Origin: Blepharisma stoltei ATCC 30299
Lineage: Eukaryota; Protista; Ciliophora
DNA length: 64,000 bases
Reading direction: 5' to 3'
Assembly: GCA_965603825.1 (NCBI GenBank)
Contig: CBFDEM010000053.1
Span: forward strand, 62,001 to 126,000
Positions within the stretch are counted from its first letter, which is position 1, and each line of letters opens with the position of its first letter. Made by a program: the position numbers and the translations under genes. The notes below the pieces were generated by a model. The model had not been told where the DNA came from and did not search any database. It was given only the letters and a program-made list of their open reading frames with translations. Below are positions 19,692-32,016 of this stretch, in pieces.

Positions 19692-21629
19692 TTACAGATC
19701 TATATGAGGAAGCTTTGATGACAATATTTTAAGTTGCTCTTGCAATTCCCTTATTTTTTCATCCTTTTTATTTATTGTAGCCCAAACTCTTTCTTCTATC
19801 ACTTCAAATTCTTCAGCTTCTTTTTGAGTAATTTCTGCGATTCGAGCTTCGTAATATTCTTTTAATATTTTTATTTGCTCTTTCAGCATGTTATTTTCAT
19901 CAATAATAGTTTTATTTTTGTTGCTTTCATTTGATTTCAGCTCCTCTAAGCTTCTTTTAATGTTTTCAATTTCAATCATCAAATTTTTATTGTTTTCTTC
20001 AAATTTGCTTTTTTCGTAATTTAGCTTATTAATTTCCACTTCTTGCTCTTTTGCCCTTTTGGTGATATTTACAAACTCAATTGAGTCTTTATAGCCACCC
20101 TGTCTATTGATTTTCATTTCTAACTCTAAAATTTTTAGGTTTCTGTCTTCAACTATCTTTTCTTTGGCATCTTTTTCCAATTTTAATTGGGCTTGCAAGT
20201 CTTTTAGCTCATTAGATAATTTTTCAATTGCAATTTCATACTCCTCAATTTTCTTTTTTTCTTTTATAGATAAATCTTGACTCTTTGAGCTTTCTTGGAA
20301 TTGCAATTTTTCATTTTCATATATAGTTCTCAGCTGGTTTATCTTAACTCTATATAGATTTTCTTGCTCCTCCAGCAGAATATTCGCATTCCTTTGAGCC
20401 TCTTGAAACTTTGCCATCCATTCTTGATCATTTAAATTAACCTTTTCTTGAAAATGGATTTCTATTTCTTTTTTCTCCTCTTGCAATTTTTCTTTCTCTT
20501 TCCTTAACTCATCATTAAAATGTGATAAAATTTTGTTTTTTTCCAAATTTATTTTTTCATTTTGTAGATTTTGGACTTCTTTAAGTTTTTCTTGGTATTC
20601 TAACTCTAACTTTGCTTTAGTTTTTTGCATATTTTCATGGTGCTCTTCTTTTAGTTCTTTTATATTTTTTATATGCTCTTCTTCACAGCTTTTGATTGCA
20701 GAGTTTATGATCTCTTTTGATTTTTCATTAATCCACTTTTCTTCGTTATTTTTTAATAATTCCTCTTTCTCAAGCATTTCAGATTGAAATTTTTCAGTAA
20801 TTTCTTTTATAGTGTTAGAATGGATTTCTTCCATTTCTTTAACTTTTAGATTCAGCTCGTTGAGCTGCTTAATCCTTTGCTCTTTTTCTTTTAACAACTC
20901 TTCCATAAACAAAACATTTTTATCTGTGATTTCCTCATATTTAATTTTCTCTTGGTCTATCAATTGATTTTCAATTTCTTTTTCTTTTAGCTGTGTCTTC
21001 TGCGTTTGTATAATTTCTTTCAAGGACTCGATAGTTTTATTGGCTTCTTCGAGTTCAATTTTGTAGTTAACAAATACAAGATAGCTTTGAGAGTCTGATC
21101 TGCTGGTTTTAGCTAAAGCTACGTTATTAAGAATTGTTGTACTATTTTCAGATTCATCTAAAAATTGAAGGAGCTTTTCAGCTCTATTTTCTTTGAATTT
21201 TGATTTAAAAGACATATCAAAAATATTTTGATTTTCTTTGTTTTCCAGATTTTCTTTTGGCTTTTCAATGCTGTTGATAGTCTCTAAATATTCTTGTGAA
21301 AATCTAGCTGTAGCTAACCCTAATGGGCTACTGCGCTCATCTATAGAAACTTCTTCATTGATTTCTAATTCTGATATGAAACTTTGAATAAGCTCAGGAT
21401 TTATATTGGTTGCAACTTGCTCATAAGGAGTTAAAAGTATTTCTGTTACGAATTCTGATTTATCCAAGTTCTCCCTTATCTTTCTCCATCACCTTTGGAT
21501 CACAATTGCTGACTCACTTTTAATTTGAATCACTGATTTGGCGTTTTTCTGCGTTTTTGCCTGCCCACATCTCTTTTTAGACCTGAGTTTAAGCGAAGTC
21601 CACAGCACTTGCGTAGATGCCCTATTCAT
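19692..21629 (-). CDS. CEP131: CEP131/AZI1-like centriolar coiled-coil protein (645 aa)
   Basis: ATG at 21629. IQ-like SAIVIQR(W)WRK with TGA at 21489-21491. KIELEEA..YEEITDKNVLFMEELLKEK and C-terminal EFEVIEERVWATINKKDEKI match the CEP131 pattern. Confidence 0.7.
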
Positions 21630-21661
21630 AATTTCAAAAAAATTACGTTAAAATATTTAAT

Positions 21662-22525
21662 TTACAATAAATCGCTTGGAGTTAATCTTTTTCTTAAAAA
21701 GCTTGGAACATAGCGTGAAGAAGAGCTGGAGCTTGTCAAAGTATTGCTTTTTGGGGATGATAAAGGTTTTAATGTCTTTGACTTTTCAGGGTCTAAACTA
21801 GGAGGCTTTTTGCTTCTCGAAGAAGTTGCTCTTTCTTGCCTTCGAGTTTTTGACTGTGAAGAAGGTAGTAAAGTAACGCTTTGAGTCAGAGTCGTTTTTG
21901 CTCTTTGAGGAACTTCAACTTTAGCTATCGAAATTTCAGTGTTCATTATGCTGTGATAAGGAGCATCTACGCTTCTTTCATACATTGATTTAAGTTCTTG
22001 TAGCTCCAAATCTCTGGCTTTAATCTGCTTTTCGTAGGCTATTTTTAATTCTTTGATTTCGATTTCTTTTTTTTCAAGTTGCTTTACTAGATTTTCGTTT
22101 ATTTGTCTCAAATCTTGTGAAGGGCTGCTTATTTTATTTTCCATCAACTTCTTTGTAGCTTCTTTGAACTTTTGTTCATAAGTATTCTTCAAATGATTTG
22201 ATTGCTCCAAGCTTATTTGCATCTGAAATAATGATTCCTGAAGATTTTTGTTGCTATTTTCCAATGATCTTGCCATAACTTTCGTTTCTGGGTCTTTTAT
22301 TTTATCTTGCAGCTGTTTGATTTGAGAAACAGCTGAGCCATATGCTTCTTTGATTTTCCTTATTTCCTCATCTTTGACTTCAATTATTGTGTTAAGCTCA
22401 GTTATCGTAACTTCTAAATTAGAAATTTGAGCTAATAGCTTTTTGTGGGCTTCTTTAAAAGAGTCTTTCTCTTGTTTTAGAGCTCGGAGTTCTATAAGTT
22501 CTTTAATTAAGCTTTGACTATCCAT
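21662..22525 (-). CDS. Coiled-coil protein with Ser/Arg-rich tail (287 aa)
   Basis: Intact ORF with heptad-rich sequence. Confidence 0.75.
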   Translation of the reverse strand: MDSQSLIKELIELRALKQEKDSFKEAHKKLLAQISNLEVTITELNTIIEVKDEEIRKIKEAYGSAVSQIKQLQDKIKDPETKVMARSLENSNKNLQESLFQMQISLEQSNHLKNTYEQKFKEATKKLMENKISSPSQDLRQINENLVKQLEKKEIEIKELKIAYEKQIKARDLELQELKSMYERSVDAPYHSIMNTEISIAKVEVPQRAKTTLTQSVTLLPSSQSKTRRQERATSSRSKKPPSLDPEKSKTLKPLSSPKSNTLTSSSSSSRYVPSFLRKRLTPSDLL

Positions 22526-22537
22526 TTAAGTTATTTA

Positions 22538-24283
22538 TTAAGTGTTTATAATAGGCTTATCTACTAACTTCGAACCATTTGATTTTAGCATTTTCAATGA
22601 TATGCCAAAGCAAAAGACAAAAATAAACCAAAAGGCGAAATTCCCTGCACTGTGATTTGCAGTCCATATTGAAAACCATATAGCAGCCATCAAAATCAGC
22701 ATAAATTTGAGCAAAGTCATATACTTCCATTTCATTTTTTCCTTTGCTTTTTTCGGTGTAATTTTGCCGAGGAAAGAATCCCATGCATTTTGATTGGCGC
22801 CATCAAGGAAATTGTTTATCACAAACCTTTGCAAACTGTATTTCCCATCATCTAAAGCTCCTTTAATTGTTCTTTTTCCTGTTCGAGTAAAATCTGTCTT
22901 TTGAGCTGGAGTTCCTGAATAAAGAATGCTTAGCCTATCAGCGTTTTGCACCCAGCATTCTCTGAAGCATTTTTCTAGTTCTTCTGGAAAAGGCTGAAAA
23001 GCTTGCCCAGTTGCTTTATCTCCTATACCTAGCCCATTAAGTTGGCTATGCAATGAATTTCTAGCAAAAACGCTTTGCACCACATTTGTTCTATCCAAGC
23101 AATCCATGCAATTTGTTCTGAAAATTCCACTTTGTTTTCTATACACTTGCGAATGGATCATATAATCATTTTCTCCAGTAGAGACTTGGCAGTAGCCATA
23201 ACTTTCTATTTTTTTGGCAACTGAATGCAAAAGCCTAGCTATGTTTTCCCATTTCATTTTTTTGCACTCTCCATGGAAATCAAACCATTCATAATTGAGC
23301 TTTTCATTTGAATGGACATGATAAAGATCAGTGAAAGCTGTGCCGATCGCATTTTGGCTCCCTTTTTTGTCTATTAAATTGACAAGGGTGACACCACCAT
23401 ACTTTTCCATCAATTCGGTCAGATGTAGGCCTGAACTCTCTTCATTCTGCTGAACTGAGCCATTAATTTTTGGTTTTGGAGTCCAAGCTAGGTTAGGTTT
23501 TTGTGACCAAAGCATAGGAATTGAACCTCTTGTTTGTACATAAGAGCATATAACAAAATCCCTATCTTTTCATAAACCAATAATTTGTTCAGTCTCGACA
23601 AAATTCACTGCATTCCCAGCTGAGTCTAATCCTCTAGTGTTAAATCTTGTCCCATTTCTTCTATGGTCTCTTCTAGAAATCAAAGCATAGTCTAATGAAT
23701 TTCCTTTATAGTTTACTGTCTCCACTCTAGCAAAGCCATTCATTACTGGCAATATCAATTCATGCACACCAGCTTGTATGAAATCTTGGCACATTGAGTA
23801 ATTCCAAAAAAATCGCTTTTCAGCACGTTCCCAAGGCGATAGACTTTTTTCGTGCTCAGAAAAGTTGGAGATTTTCTGAATAGTGTCGGTTATATCATAA
23901 TTATAAGAGAAATAGAATGAGTTTGTATGAATAACACTATGTAGCATCTTCATAAATGCTTTATCTTCTTTGCATTCAGGCAGGTCATCCATTGACAAAC
24001 GATATGGTATGAAGTCGATTTCTTTGATTTGATAAATAAAGCAGTCCTTAATTCTTCCTACTGTCTGCACTTGGGATATTGCTATGAGGTACTTTGAAGC
24101 TGAAAAATGTGAAATTCCAAGAAAGCCATAGCATTCAATTGGAGTCGTATGAGGAAGAGTCTGCTTTGGTTCGACCGTGATAGACCCTGAGGCACGGTTT
24201 ATAATCACAGTAGAATCTGAAGCTGAACTTTGAAGCGCTAAAAAGTTGGACGTCGAGATTACTAAAAAGTTCGGCTTTTGCAT
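22538..24283 (-). CDS. SAC1: Phosphoinositide phosphatase SAC1 (581 aa; TGA=Trp at 23570)
   Basis: FYFSYNYDIT, RFFWN, LISRR..RNGTRFNTRG, NFVETEQ, SYVQTRGSIPMLWSQ (across the TGA), catalytic RTNCMDCLDRTNVVQ, two C-terminal TM helices. Confidence 0.95.
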
Positions 24284-24400
24284 ATTTATGCCAGTTTAAG
24301 TCATCAATTTAAATCAGCTCATATACAAAAAATCCCAAAGTCTAATTATTATGAGCAAGCTTTCTTTCTTAATTAATTTTAAAAAAGCTTACCATGATCT

Positions 24401-25243
24401 CTAGAAACATATTGTAAGAATACAGATATTGTCTTGAGACCCACCATTGATTGCTCTTTCCATCAATCTATTTCCTATTTCCATGCTATTTCTCCCTTTT
24501 AGTCCTTCTAGCTCTCTTTCATTAACCACATCCCACAGCCCATCTGAAGCAAGCACTAAAAACTGCTCGTTTGGTGTAATAACCCTTCTTGACACGTAAG
24601 GTTCGCTTGAAACCCCACTTGTTTTTAGATGATGATCTCCTAATGCCCTAGTCACTGCTAACTGTCCAGCAACTCTTCCTCTAATTAAATATCCTCCACT
24701 TGACACAATCCTATCTATTTCACTTGCGTCTGTTCCTTTGTGATCATAACTAAGCTGTTCAAATCCTGAAGATTTTACAAGAACGGCCTTGGAGTCTCCC
24801 ACATTTGCGACATAAAGAACGCGTTGGTGACTTTCTTTTCTGATTAATGCTATTGTTGCTGTAGATCCTGAGGTGGCAGCACCAGCAAGTCTAAGCTGAT
24901 CATCAACTTTTTTAAAGCACCGGCTGAAAGCCATTGAGACGTCATCTGAAAACTCATGAAGTGCTTTTCTCAATTCTTCATGAAGTCGGTTTTTGCAGTA
25001 ATCAACGGCTTCAGAGCCTCCATGGCCATCATATATTGCAAAAAATCCTTGATTTGGGTCACCTAAATAGGAATCTATTATTTTATGACCATCTTCCATA
25101 TAGGGCCGATAGCGATGATTTGACTCTTCTTTGCAAGAGTAATTTTGCACACTGTTGCCGCGAGGAGAATATTCATCTCCTGGGTTTGTTGGCTGATAGG
25201 AAGCTCCTGGAGATCTGTAGGTTGATGAATAAGTTGTCATCAT
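24401..25243 (-). CDS. PP2C protein phosphatase (Ptc1-like)
   Basis: RPYMEDGH, YDGHGG, SGSTA, ANVGDS, LAVTRALGD, LASDGLWD, SQDNI. Confidence 0.93.
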   Translation of the reverse strand: MMTTYSSTYRSPGASYQPTNPGDEYSPRGNSVQNYSCKEESNHRYRPYMEDGHKIIDSYLGDPNQGFFAIYDGHGGSEAVDYCKNRLHEELRKALHEFSDDVSMAFSRCFKKVDDQLRLAGAATSGSTATIALIRKESHQRVLYVANVGDSKAVLVKSSGFEQLSYDHKGTDASEIDRIVSSGGYLIRGRVAGQLAVTRALGDHHLKTSGVSSEPYVSRRVITPNEQFLVLASDGLWDVVNERELEGLKGRNSMEIGNRLMERAINGGSQDNICILTICF

Positions 25244-25499
25244 AAGGTTAAAAATGAAATATGAGTAAATAAAAATTAGTTAATTTTTTAACATCCTGAT
25301 TGAGTTTATACGATATTTTCTTATATGATCTTATAGGAAATTCAATAGTATGATTAAGAATTAAATCATTTAAACATTTTAGTATTTAATCATCTATTAC
25401 AAACTATGATTGATATGATGAAGCATTTCTAAAATATTTTAATTTTACTAAGCACCAGATAGTTCGGATTCTAAAAATAAATTTATAATTAAGCTATTT

Positions 25500-26011
25500 C
25501 CTACTATTAAATATAGTATAAGAAATATTATACGCACAAATACGATCTGATTTTTAATTTCATCTGTGTCTTTTGTCATTAAGACTGCAGTGCTATATGC
25601 CGAAATTAATAATTGCTGATAAAATTAGGAAAAATAAGAATAAAATGGAACACTACCCGTTCGTTTGCTCCCTTATTTGTCTGATTTAGAGATATTGCGA
25701 TACAACAAGCCAATTACGTTGGAGTCTATTTTTGTGTCCGCTGAGTTTTATGGATTTTTGATTATTAGGTTATCCCAGATAAGACCCTTTCATTTAGAAT
25801 CCAATTTTCCCTCCACAGAAGTTGCTGATAAATCAACCATTCAATTAGATTTCTTATCAGATGGCGCAAAGACCATACCCACTCTAATATCAGCAAGAAA
25901 AAGTGTCTTATAAAAAGAGATGCCCAGTCCTACCGGCGGTAGGTAGCCCAACAATGCATACAGAGATAAATAATCCTTTGCATGTTTACAGAAATTTTTA
26001 TATAATCATAG
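25500..26011 (-). pseudogene. Possible decayed coding remnant
   Basis: About 170 codons in one frame with only 3 TAA, no N-terminal ATG, and GC higher than its flanks. Confidence 0.3.
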
Positions 26012-26328
26012 CTAAGATTAATATTTATTATCATGAAAGTATTTTCAATAGGATGCCATTGCAAATTGAGTTGCTATCAACCTGATATCTGACATAAAAA
26101 GCTTTAAATTTATTATTGAATTTTTATAAAAATTTATTCTGATTGAAATATTGATAATAGCTTACCAATTTAATCTAAAAGTTTCAAAAAAATCTATTTC
26201 AAGTCTATTCATCAGATGCATGATCTTTTAATAAGTTTTATTCCATAGTTTAGAATTTAATTTCTTGATCTTAGCTACTGTGTTGATTAACGGATAGTAA
26301 GTTTTCCTAATGTTAGTTATAAAAAATA

Positions 26329-26661
26329 ATGTGGAGAGGGATTAGACTCTTATCAGCACCTTTTAGAGCAAACTACATGCTGAAGCCATTCCCAGCAGCC
26401 TTTTCTATTCGCGCATTTAGCGCAAGCCAGTCTTCAGTTGAAGTGGCAATAATTGATAGGCTTAAAGAAACTGAAGGGATAAAGATTGATAAATTGTCAC
26501 CGAAATCGTCATTCAAAGAAATTGGACTTGATTCTCTTGCACAAATTGAGTTATTTTCCTATTTAGAAGAAAAATTTGATGTGACACTGAATGACGATGA
26601 TACTGAGGGAGTAAAAGGAGTAAATGATTTGGTCAGGATAATTTTGGGAAAGTTTAAGTAA
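26329..26661 (+). CDS. Mitochondrial acyl carrier protein
   Basis: Arg-rich presequence; phosphopantetheine site GLDSL; EEKFDVTLND. Confidence 0.9.
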   Translation: MWRGIRLLSAPFRANYMLKPFPAAFSIRAFSASQSSVEVAIIDRLKETEGIKIDKLSPKSSFKEIGLDSLAQIELFSYLEEKFDVTLNDDDTEGVKGVNDLVRIILGKFK

Positions 26662-27459
26662 ATTTAGATTATTATTATTTAAAGCTTTTGAATCAGAGAT
26701 TCATGTAGTAAATAGATTTTTTATTGAAGCTAGAACTTGATAAGGATATTAAAAATTTATTGTTTTGCAAAAGATCTAAAAGTTATCTCGCCATTGTCCT
26801 TTACTGCCCCTAATTTTCTAATAATGAATCTTAGAAGATTTAGCATTTATATATTGGTTTAAGGATTTAAAATCACCTAGCTTTTGCCAAGATTACTATC
26901 TACCAACTTTGATTTTAATTTCCTTTCTTCTTTTTTAAATAAACCATCGTTTGCTTCTACTTTAATTTTAACTTTAAATGTCGTTTTGACTCTTCATTTT
27001 ATTTTTATGACTAAATTTCTATGCTCATTTTAAACTAATTGACTTTTATACCTTAATATAAAATTAATTATAAGTTTAAGCCTAGGAAAGACTATAAATT
27101 TTCATAATTTTTGAAAACTTCTTTTTTCTTTAAAGCCAAATAAGAATTCACACTTCAATTTGCTATAAATAATTAAGAGCAGAGATTTTTTAATCAGTTT
27201 TTTTTTACTTTTCAACCTTTTTTCCTTCAGAGCTATTTTTCATTTTGGAAGAGTAGCGTTTCAGAATCTTTAAACTGAAAAATAATTATTCTTATAAGAT
27301 TAAAAAATGAAATCTATATTAAATAAAGCTTAATTAATTTTCAGTATAAGCCTTACAATTTTGCAAATAAAAATAGCTTTATTTTATTCAACATTTAAAT
27401 ACAGGTAAAGACTAATTATTGAAATTCAATATTAAAGGACTTTATATTATACCATACTC

Positions 27460-27780
27460 TTATACTTCGGTTTTTCCAATCGACATTGTTACAGAATCTA
27501 TTGCTTGATCAATATCTCTCATAATTAAGCTGCCAATCCGCTTATGGCCTTTTCTTTCGTTTTTGAACTTTTCCTCTTGCGTATGCTCATGGTTTTTATC
27601 AATCATCGCAAAACTAACTTCCACAGAGTGCAGCTTAATTATATCGCTGACAAATTCTTTATTGGAGTTTTTGCTTTTTTTCTTTTCGATTACGGGAGCA
27701 ACAATTCTGGAAGGAATGGATTTTATGATGAAGACCCTCTGGTTCCGTCTATTATTGACCTTGCTGTTGTTGCAGCCCAT
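27460..27780 (-). CDS. Small N-myristoylated (MGCNNS) hypothetical protein
   Basis: 106-aa ATG..TAA ORF with an MGC start, flanked by AT-rich DNA. Confidence 0.65.
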   Translation of the reverse strand: MGCNNSKVNNRRNQRVFIIKSIPSRIVAPVIEKKKSKNSNKEFVSDIIKLHSVEVSFAMIDKNHEHTQEEKFKNERKGHKRIGSLIMRDIDQAIDSVTMSIGKTEV

Positions 27781-28550
27781 AATATATTTTTATTACCATT
27801 TGTATTTTATAGCAAAATTTCAAAATTTCCCATTATTTTATGAATCTTATTTATTAAAGATATCTTACTTCAAGCTTTTATTTAATGAGCTATTTTTACT
27901 CAATAACTTCAGAAGCTGCCATAAATTTCATAAATGGCGAAATCAAGTCAGTTTATTTACTTTCACTATATATGCTGATTTATAGTTGCGCACTTTCTAT
28001 TAGAATAAATTTATATTTCTTAGCTTTTGATAAGTTTAAAATTCGTTTTGTAATTTTTCAAATCGCATGCTGTCAATAAAAATAATTTAAACGCCTTTAA
28101 AGCATCTTGAACTTGAAGAAGTTTAATAATATATCGAGCATAAAAATATTTTGCAGATTGGAGTTAATGAAACGCACATAAAAAATATAAATTTTCTGAT
28201 TTAATTCAATATTATGACTACTGTTTTGTCCCCTCACTCATGAAAGCTCAAATTTCCAATGGAAACAAAAATTAATCGGGCAGAAATATTTTCCAAATGA
28301 AAATGATAACAAAAATTTGGTAAAATTTGTTGAGCATTAAGGGTTAAAATAGTTCAATAAGCGCATTTGCGCTAACATAGGAGTTTAGTTTACTTAATAA
28401 TAGCTTTCTTTAATTTCTAATTGACATAGATTAAATTTTTGCAATTACGAAAAAATACTTTTTTTCAACTATCTCAAAATTATGTTAGAGTTTTATATCA
28501 ATTCAGCTTAATGTTTGGTATAAATAATCCTTGGCCATTATATAATTCTT

Positions 28551-29390
28551 ATGTATAGAACAAACACAAAGACCCCGCTAGCAAATCCTGCTCCACAAGA
28601 TTCTTTGAATCATAAAAAATCATCCAGTACAGAGAGTCCCTATGACGAAGATAGCTCTCCAGACCCACCACTCCTTAAGACTAAATCAAATATCGATAAG
28701 AGTCTCCGCTCTTTGCTCCCTCCAATAAGTCCTAAAAATTACCGTAAAGCCACAACTTTGCAAATCGAAGTTCCTCAACGTACAGTAAAACAGCCCACCA
28801 AGTCTTATCCTTCATCTGCTACTGAAAATAATAAAATAACCAGAAGCAAGATTACAATGATCGACGACTTTGGTCTGTTGAATCATGAAGATTTAGATTC
28901 TGACGCACAAACCTATCATCCTTATACCACTAGGAGGAGAAGTGTCGTTATTTCTGATTTTTGAGGCAAAAAAACTACTCAGGCTGTATTGCAGTCTCCT
29001 GAGCTGAAAGACGCAGTTAGGTATATGAAGCACAAAAGATTTGTTGACGACCTAACGCTAAGATCAACGATAGCAAGCAATTCTTCTCCCAGACATATGG
29101 ATGAAAATATAAATTTAAAACTTATGGCATATAATGCCAAAGGGTCGTCAACGCCAACCCTCTCACCTTTTTCAGTTAAAACACCTGAATTCGTAATTAA
29201 AAATGAGCAAGATATGAAAAGGTCAAAAGAGCTGAAAATGTTGAATGAAATCATGAAAGATTGCGATGAGCTGCATACTGATATACAGAGCTTATCGGAA
29301 AATAGAAGGAAAAGCTTCCCTATTATTCCCCATAAGCTAACAGCTGGAGAGAAAAAGAGAATCAAGTACAATAAAAAGCTATTAATGTAG
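28551..29390 (+). CDS. Hypothetical Ser/Pro-rich protein (279 aa; TGA=Trp at 28962)
   Basis: ORFs 28551..28964 and 28989..29390 share a frame, joined by TGA-GKKTTQAV. Ends TAG. Confidence 0.75.
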
Positions 29391-29511
29391 CATGTAAATA
29401 TCTAAATAATCCTTAAAGTTTATGACTATAAGTGGGTGATCTGCTAAAATTTATAAGTTTTGAAACACCATTCTTTATAAACTACTAAATTTTTTAGCAT
29501 AAATATGGAGC

Positions 29512-30405
29512 TTAAGTTAACATTTTATATGTAGCTTCATAGATAACAAAAAATATAGCCTGTGTTGGGACGATCTTAATTAGAGTAATTCCTAGTCCTC
29601 TGTAGAAGCCAAGCAAGCCTTGAGTTTTCCAGACTTCACCAATGCAGTGCTTGAGACCTTCATAAACCATATAAGCTTTATTAAATTTTCCAATTTCTTT
29701 TGATTTTTTAAGTATTGTTTCTGTGTACTGTTCTTGCTGTAGCCGAATTTTTATTAGGGTAACTGGGAAAAATATCGTTGATGCTCCGAGCTTGCTTAGC
29801 CCTCCTGCCATCGAAGTTCTCCAAAAATCACTTTCTGTATGCAGATTCTCTTTGAAAAACTCATAGAGATACATTGTCAAAGCTCCATTCAAGCTTAAAA
29901 TGTTGCCTATTAAATACCCTCTCCAAAATCCTCTGATTCCATCTACTTTTCATGTCTTAATTCCAGCCTCAATTGTATCCTTAAACCAAGTTTCACTATT
30001 TCTCAATAAAATTGCACGGGTTTTCATTACCATCAGAGGATTTATAATAAAATTTGAAATAAAAGCACTTTCAGCAGCCACAGTAAACTTGTAAAGTTCT
30101 GGGTTGTTCGTCCTGAATGATGCTGGCTGGAACTTTTTCATTGTCTCATAGATGTAAAAGTAAACCGCCCAAGCTATACTAATTGATAGCTGAAAATGAC
30201 ATCCGCGATATAGTGACCTCAAGCCTTCATTATGAATCGTTTTAAAAACTTCGATAGAGTTTTTGTAGAAAGGAATAAAATTTTTATTTCTGCCATCTGA
30301 AACAATCATATGGAGCTTAATCTTTTCTAGAGGAAATAATAGAATATGAACACTTCCTGCACAAAATCCAGCAATACTTGACTTACTTGATGATCTCTGC
30401 TGCAT
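29512..30405 (-). CDS. Mitochondrial carrier, folate/FAD (SLC25A32-like) group (297 aa; TGA at 29950)
   Basis: Three carrier repeats: FPLEKIKL, NPLMVMKTR, FPVTLIKIRLQ. (W)KVDGIRGFWRG and GLLGFYRG. Confidence 0.85.
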
Positions 30406-30611
30406 TTTTATTGTCACTTCCTTATTAGAAAATGAACAAAAAGCTTATTTTGAATGCTAGTCTAACTAAATTAATCATTAAATTAAGAAATTTCACATTT
30501 TTCAATTTCAATATCGAATTTTATAAGAAAAATCTGCATAAAATAGCAAACCAGCTGATCCTAAACCGAGGATTGACGATATTTAAAAAAATCTAAATGA
30601 CTGAATATTAT

Positions 30612-31355
30612 TTAGTCTCTCTCTCCTTCCCCACTTGTCCATAGGGTGATATTATCTCTAAGTAACTGCAGGATTAAAGTTGAATCTTTATAGCTTTCCT
30701 CAGAAATATTATCCAATTCTGGCACAGCTTCGTCAAATGCAGCCTTTGCCATATCGCATGCCTTCTCTTTCTCTTGTTTAATTTCATAATAAAAGACTGA
30801 AAAATTAAGAGCAAGTCCTAACCTCGTAGGGTGAGTTGGAGGCAATTCGTTTTTGGCGATTTCAAAAGCTTGCAAATATGCCTCCTCAGCTTTGCTTCCT
30901 GAGGCGTTTTTGGCAGGTCCCTGAGCGAACTCTGACATATAGCGGTAGTAGTCTCCTTTCATTTTGGCGTAGAAGACTCTGGCTTCAGAGTTGGCGGCTC
31001 TTGGAATAAGATCAGTATCAATGACGTTTAAGACGTCGTCGCAGTGTCTCCTCAATTCTGCTTCCACATCAGCTCTATATTGGTCAGCAGCTGCCTTGTG
31101 GGCTGCGTTTCCTCTACGTTCTTCTTTTTGCTCGATTGAGTTCAGGACTCTCCATGAAGTTCTACGGGCGCCAACCACGTTCTTGTAGGCCACTGAAAGA
31201 ATGTTTCTCTCTTCTACGGACAAGTCTTGGCCGGTCTTTTTTACGAAGGCTTTAACATAGCCAACCATCTCTTCATAGCGCTCAGACTGCTCTGCTAGAC
31301 GCGCAAGGTAGATGAGTTCATCTCTTTCAAGGGCTTCTGGTCTGTCAATATTCAT
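30612..31355 (-). CDS. 14-3-3 protein (247 aa, start MNIDRPE)
   Basis: [75 protein letters not shown]. The upstream ORF extension is AT-rich and non-coding-like. Confidence 0.97.
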   Translation of the reverse strand: MNIDRPEALERDELIYLARLAEQSERYEEMVGYVKAFVKKTGQDLSVEERNILSVAYKNVVGARRTSWRVLNSIEQKEERRGNAAHKAAADQYRADVEAELRRHCDDVLNVIDTDLIPRAANSEARVFYAKMKGDYYRYMSEFAQGPAKNASGSKAEEAYLQAFEIAKNELPPTHPTRLGLALNFSVFYYEIKQEKEKACDMAKAAFDEAVPELDNISEESYKDSTLILQLLRDNITLWTSGEGERD

Positions 31356-32016
31356 TATGAAATTTATTCGCTTAGAGATATATGAAAGATTGATAAACGG
31401 ATTAAAACTTAAATTGAGGATTATATACAAAATAAATTCTAAGAGAACGCGGCTATAATTTTTCAGATTTTCTATACACCATTTATATAAGGCTTTCGCC
31501 TTATTTTTGTAAAGGAAATTAATAGGAAACATGTTTAAATCTAATTTGGATTATAATTAAGAATCTCACAAGTAATAGTATATTAAATATACTCAAAGGG
31601 TTGAGATTTGTAGATCCATTAATTTGAGTATAAATAATTCTTAATAATTATTTCGAAAATAATCAGACATTTGCAATTTGATTTTATTGCATATGCTTAA
31701 ATAAAAATCATTGATAGATTCTTATTATTCAAATAAAATGTCTTAGTATTTGGAACTCAAAATTTATTAAAGCCGAGAAAATAATGCAATATCAAATTAC
31801 AATTAAAAATATTTCATCAATAGTTTCACTTGAATAAATTTCAAATTTTCCGCCAAGGTTCGATTTAATGATAACTGCGAGATATTTCTCTAGAAATATG
31901 TGTAAAATTACCCTAATGCTACCATTGCACCAAAACTCTTAATACCAGATACATTCGCTATCCATTAATTTTTCTTAATTTAACAAAAACCTCTCTTTCA
32001 TATTTTTAATCTCCCG

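Noticed and set aside
25860-25950. U3- or U4-like snRNA (AAGACCATAC; TCTTTGCGC; small CTACC/GGTAG hairpin)
   Set aside because: The matches are short and the following conserved boxes are absent.
25740-25960. Tyrosine-recombinase remnant (LPP..., possible frameshifted NHKT)
   Set aside because: It needs an assumed frameshift, and the catalytic Arg and HxxR/Tyr motifs are not visible.
31356-31532. 59-aa N-terminal extension of 14-3-3 in the ORF track
   Set aside because: AT-rich, non-coding-like sequence; homology starts at MNIDRPE (31355).
31848-31866. tRNA T-loop-like GGTTCGATT
   Set aside because: No cloverleaf stems can be formed around it.
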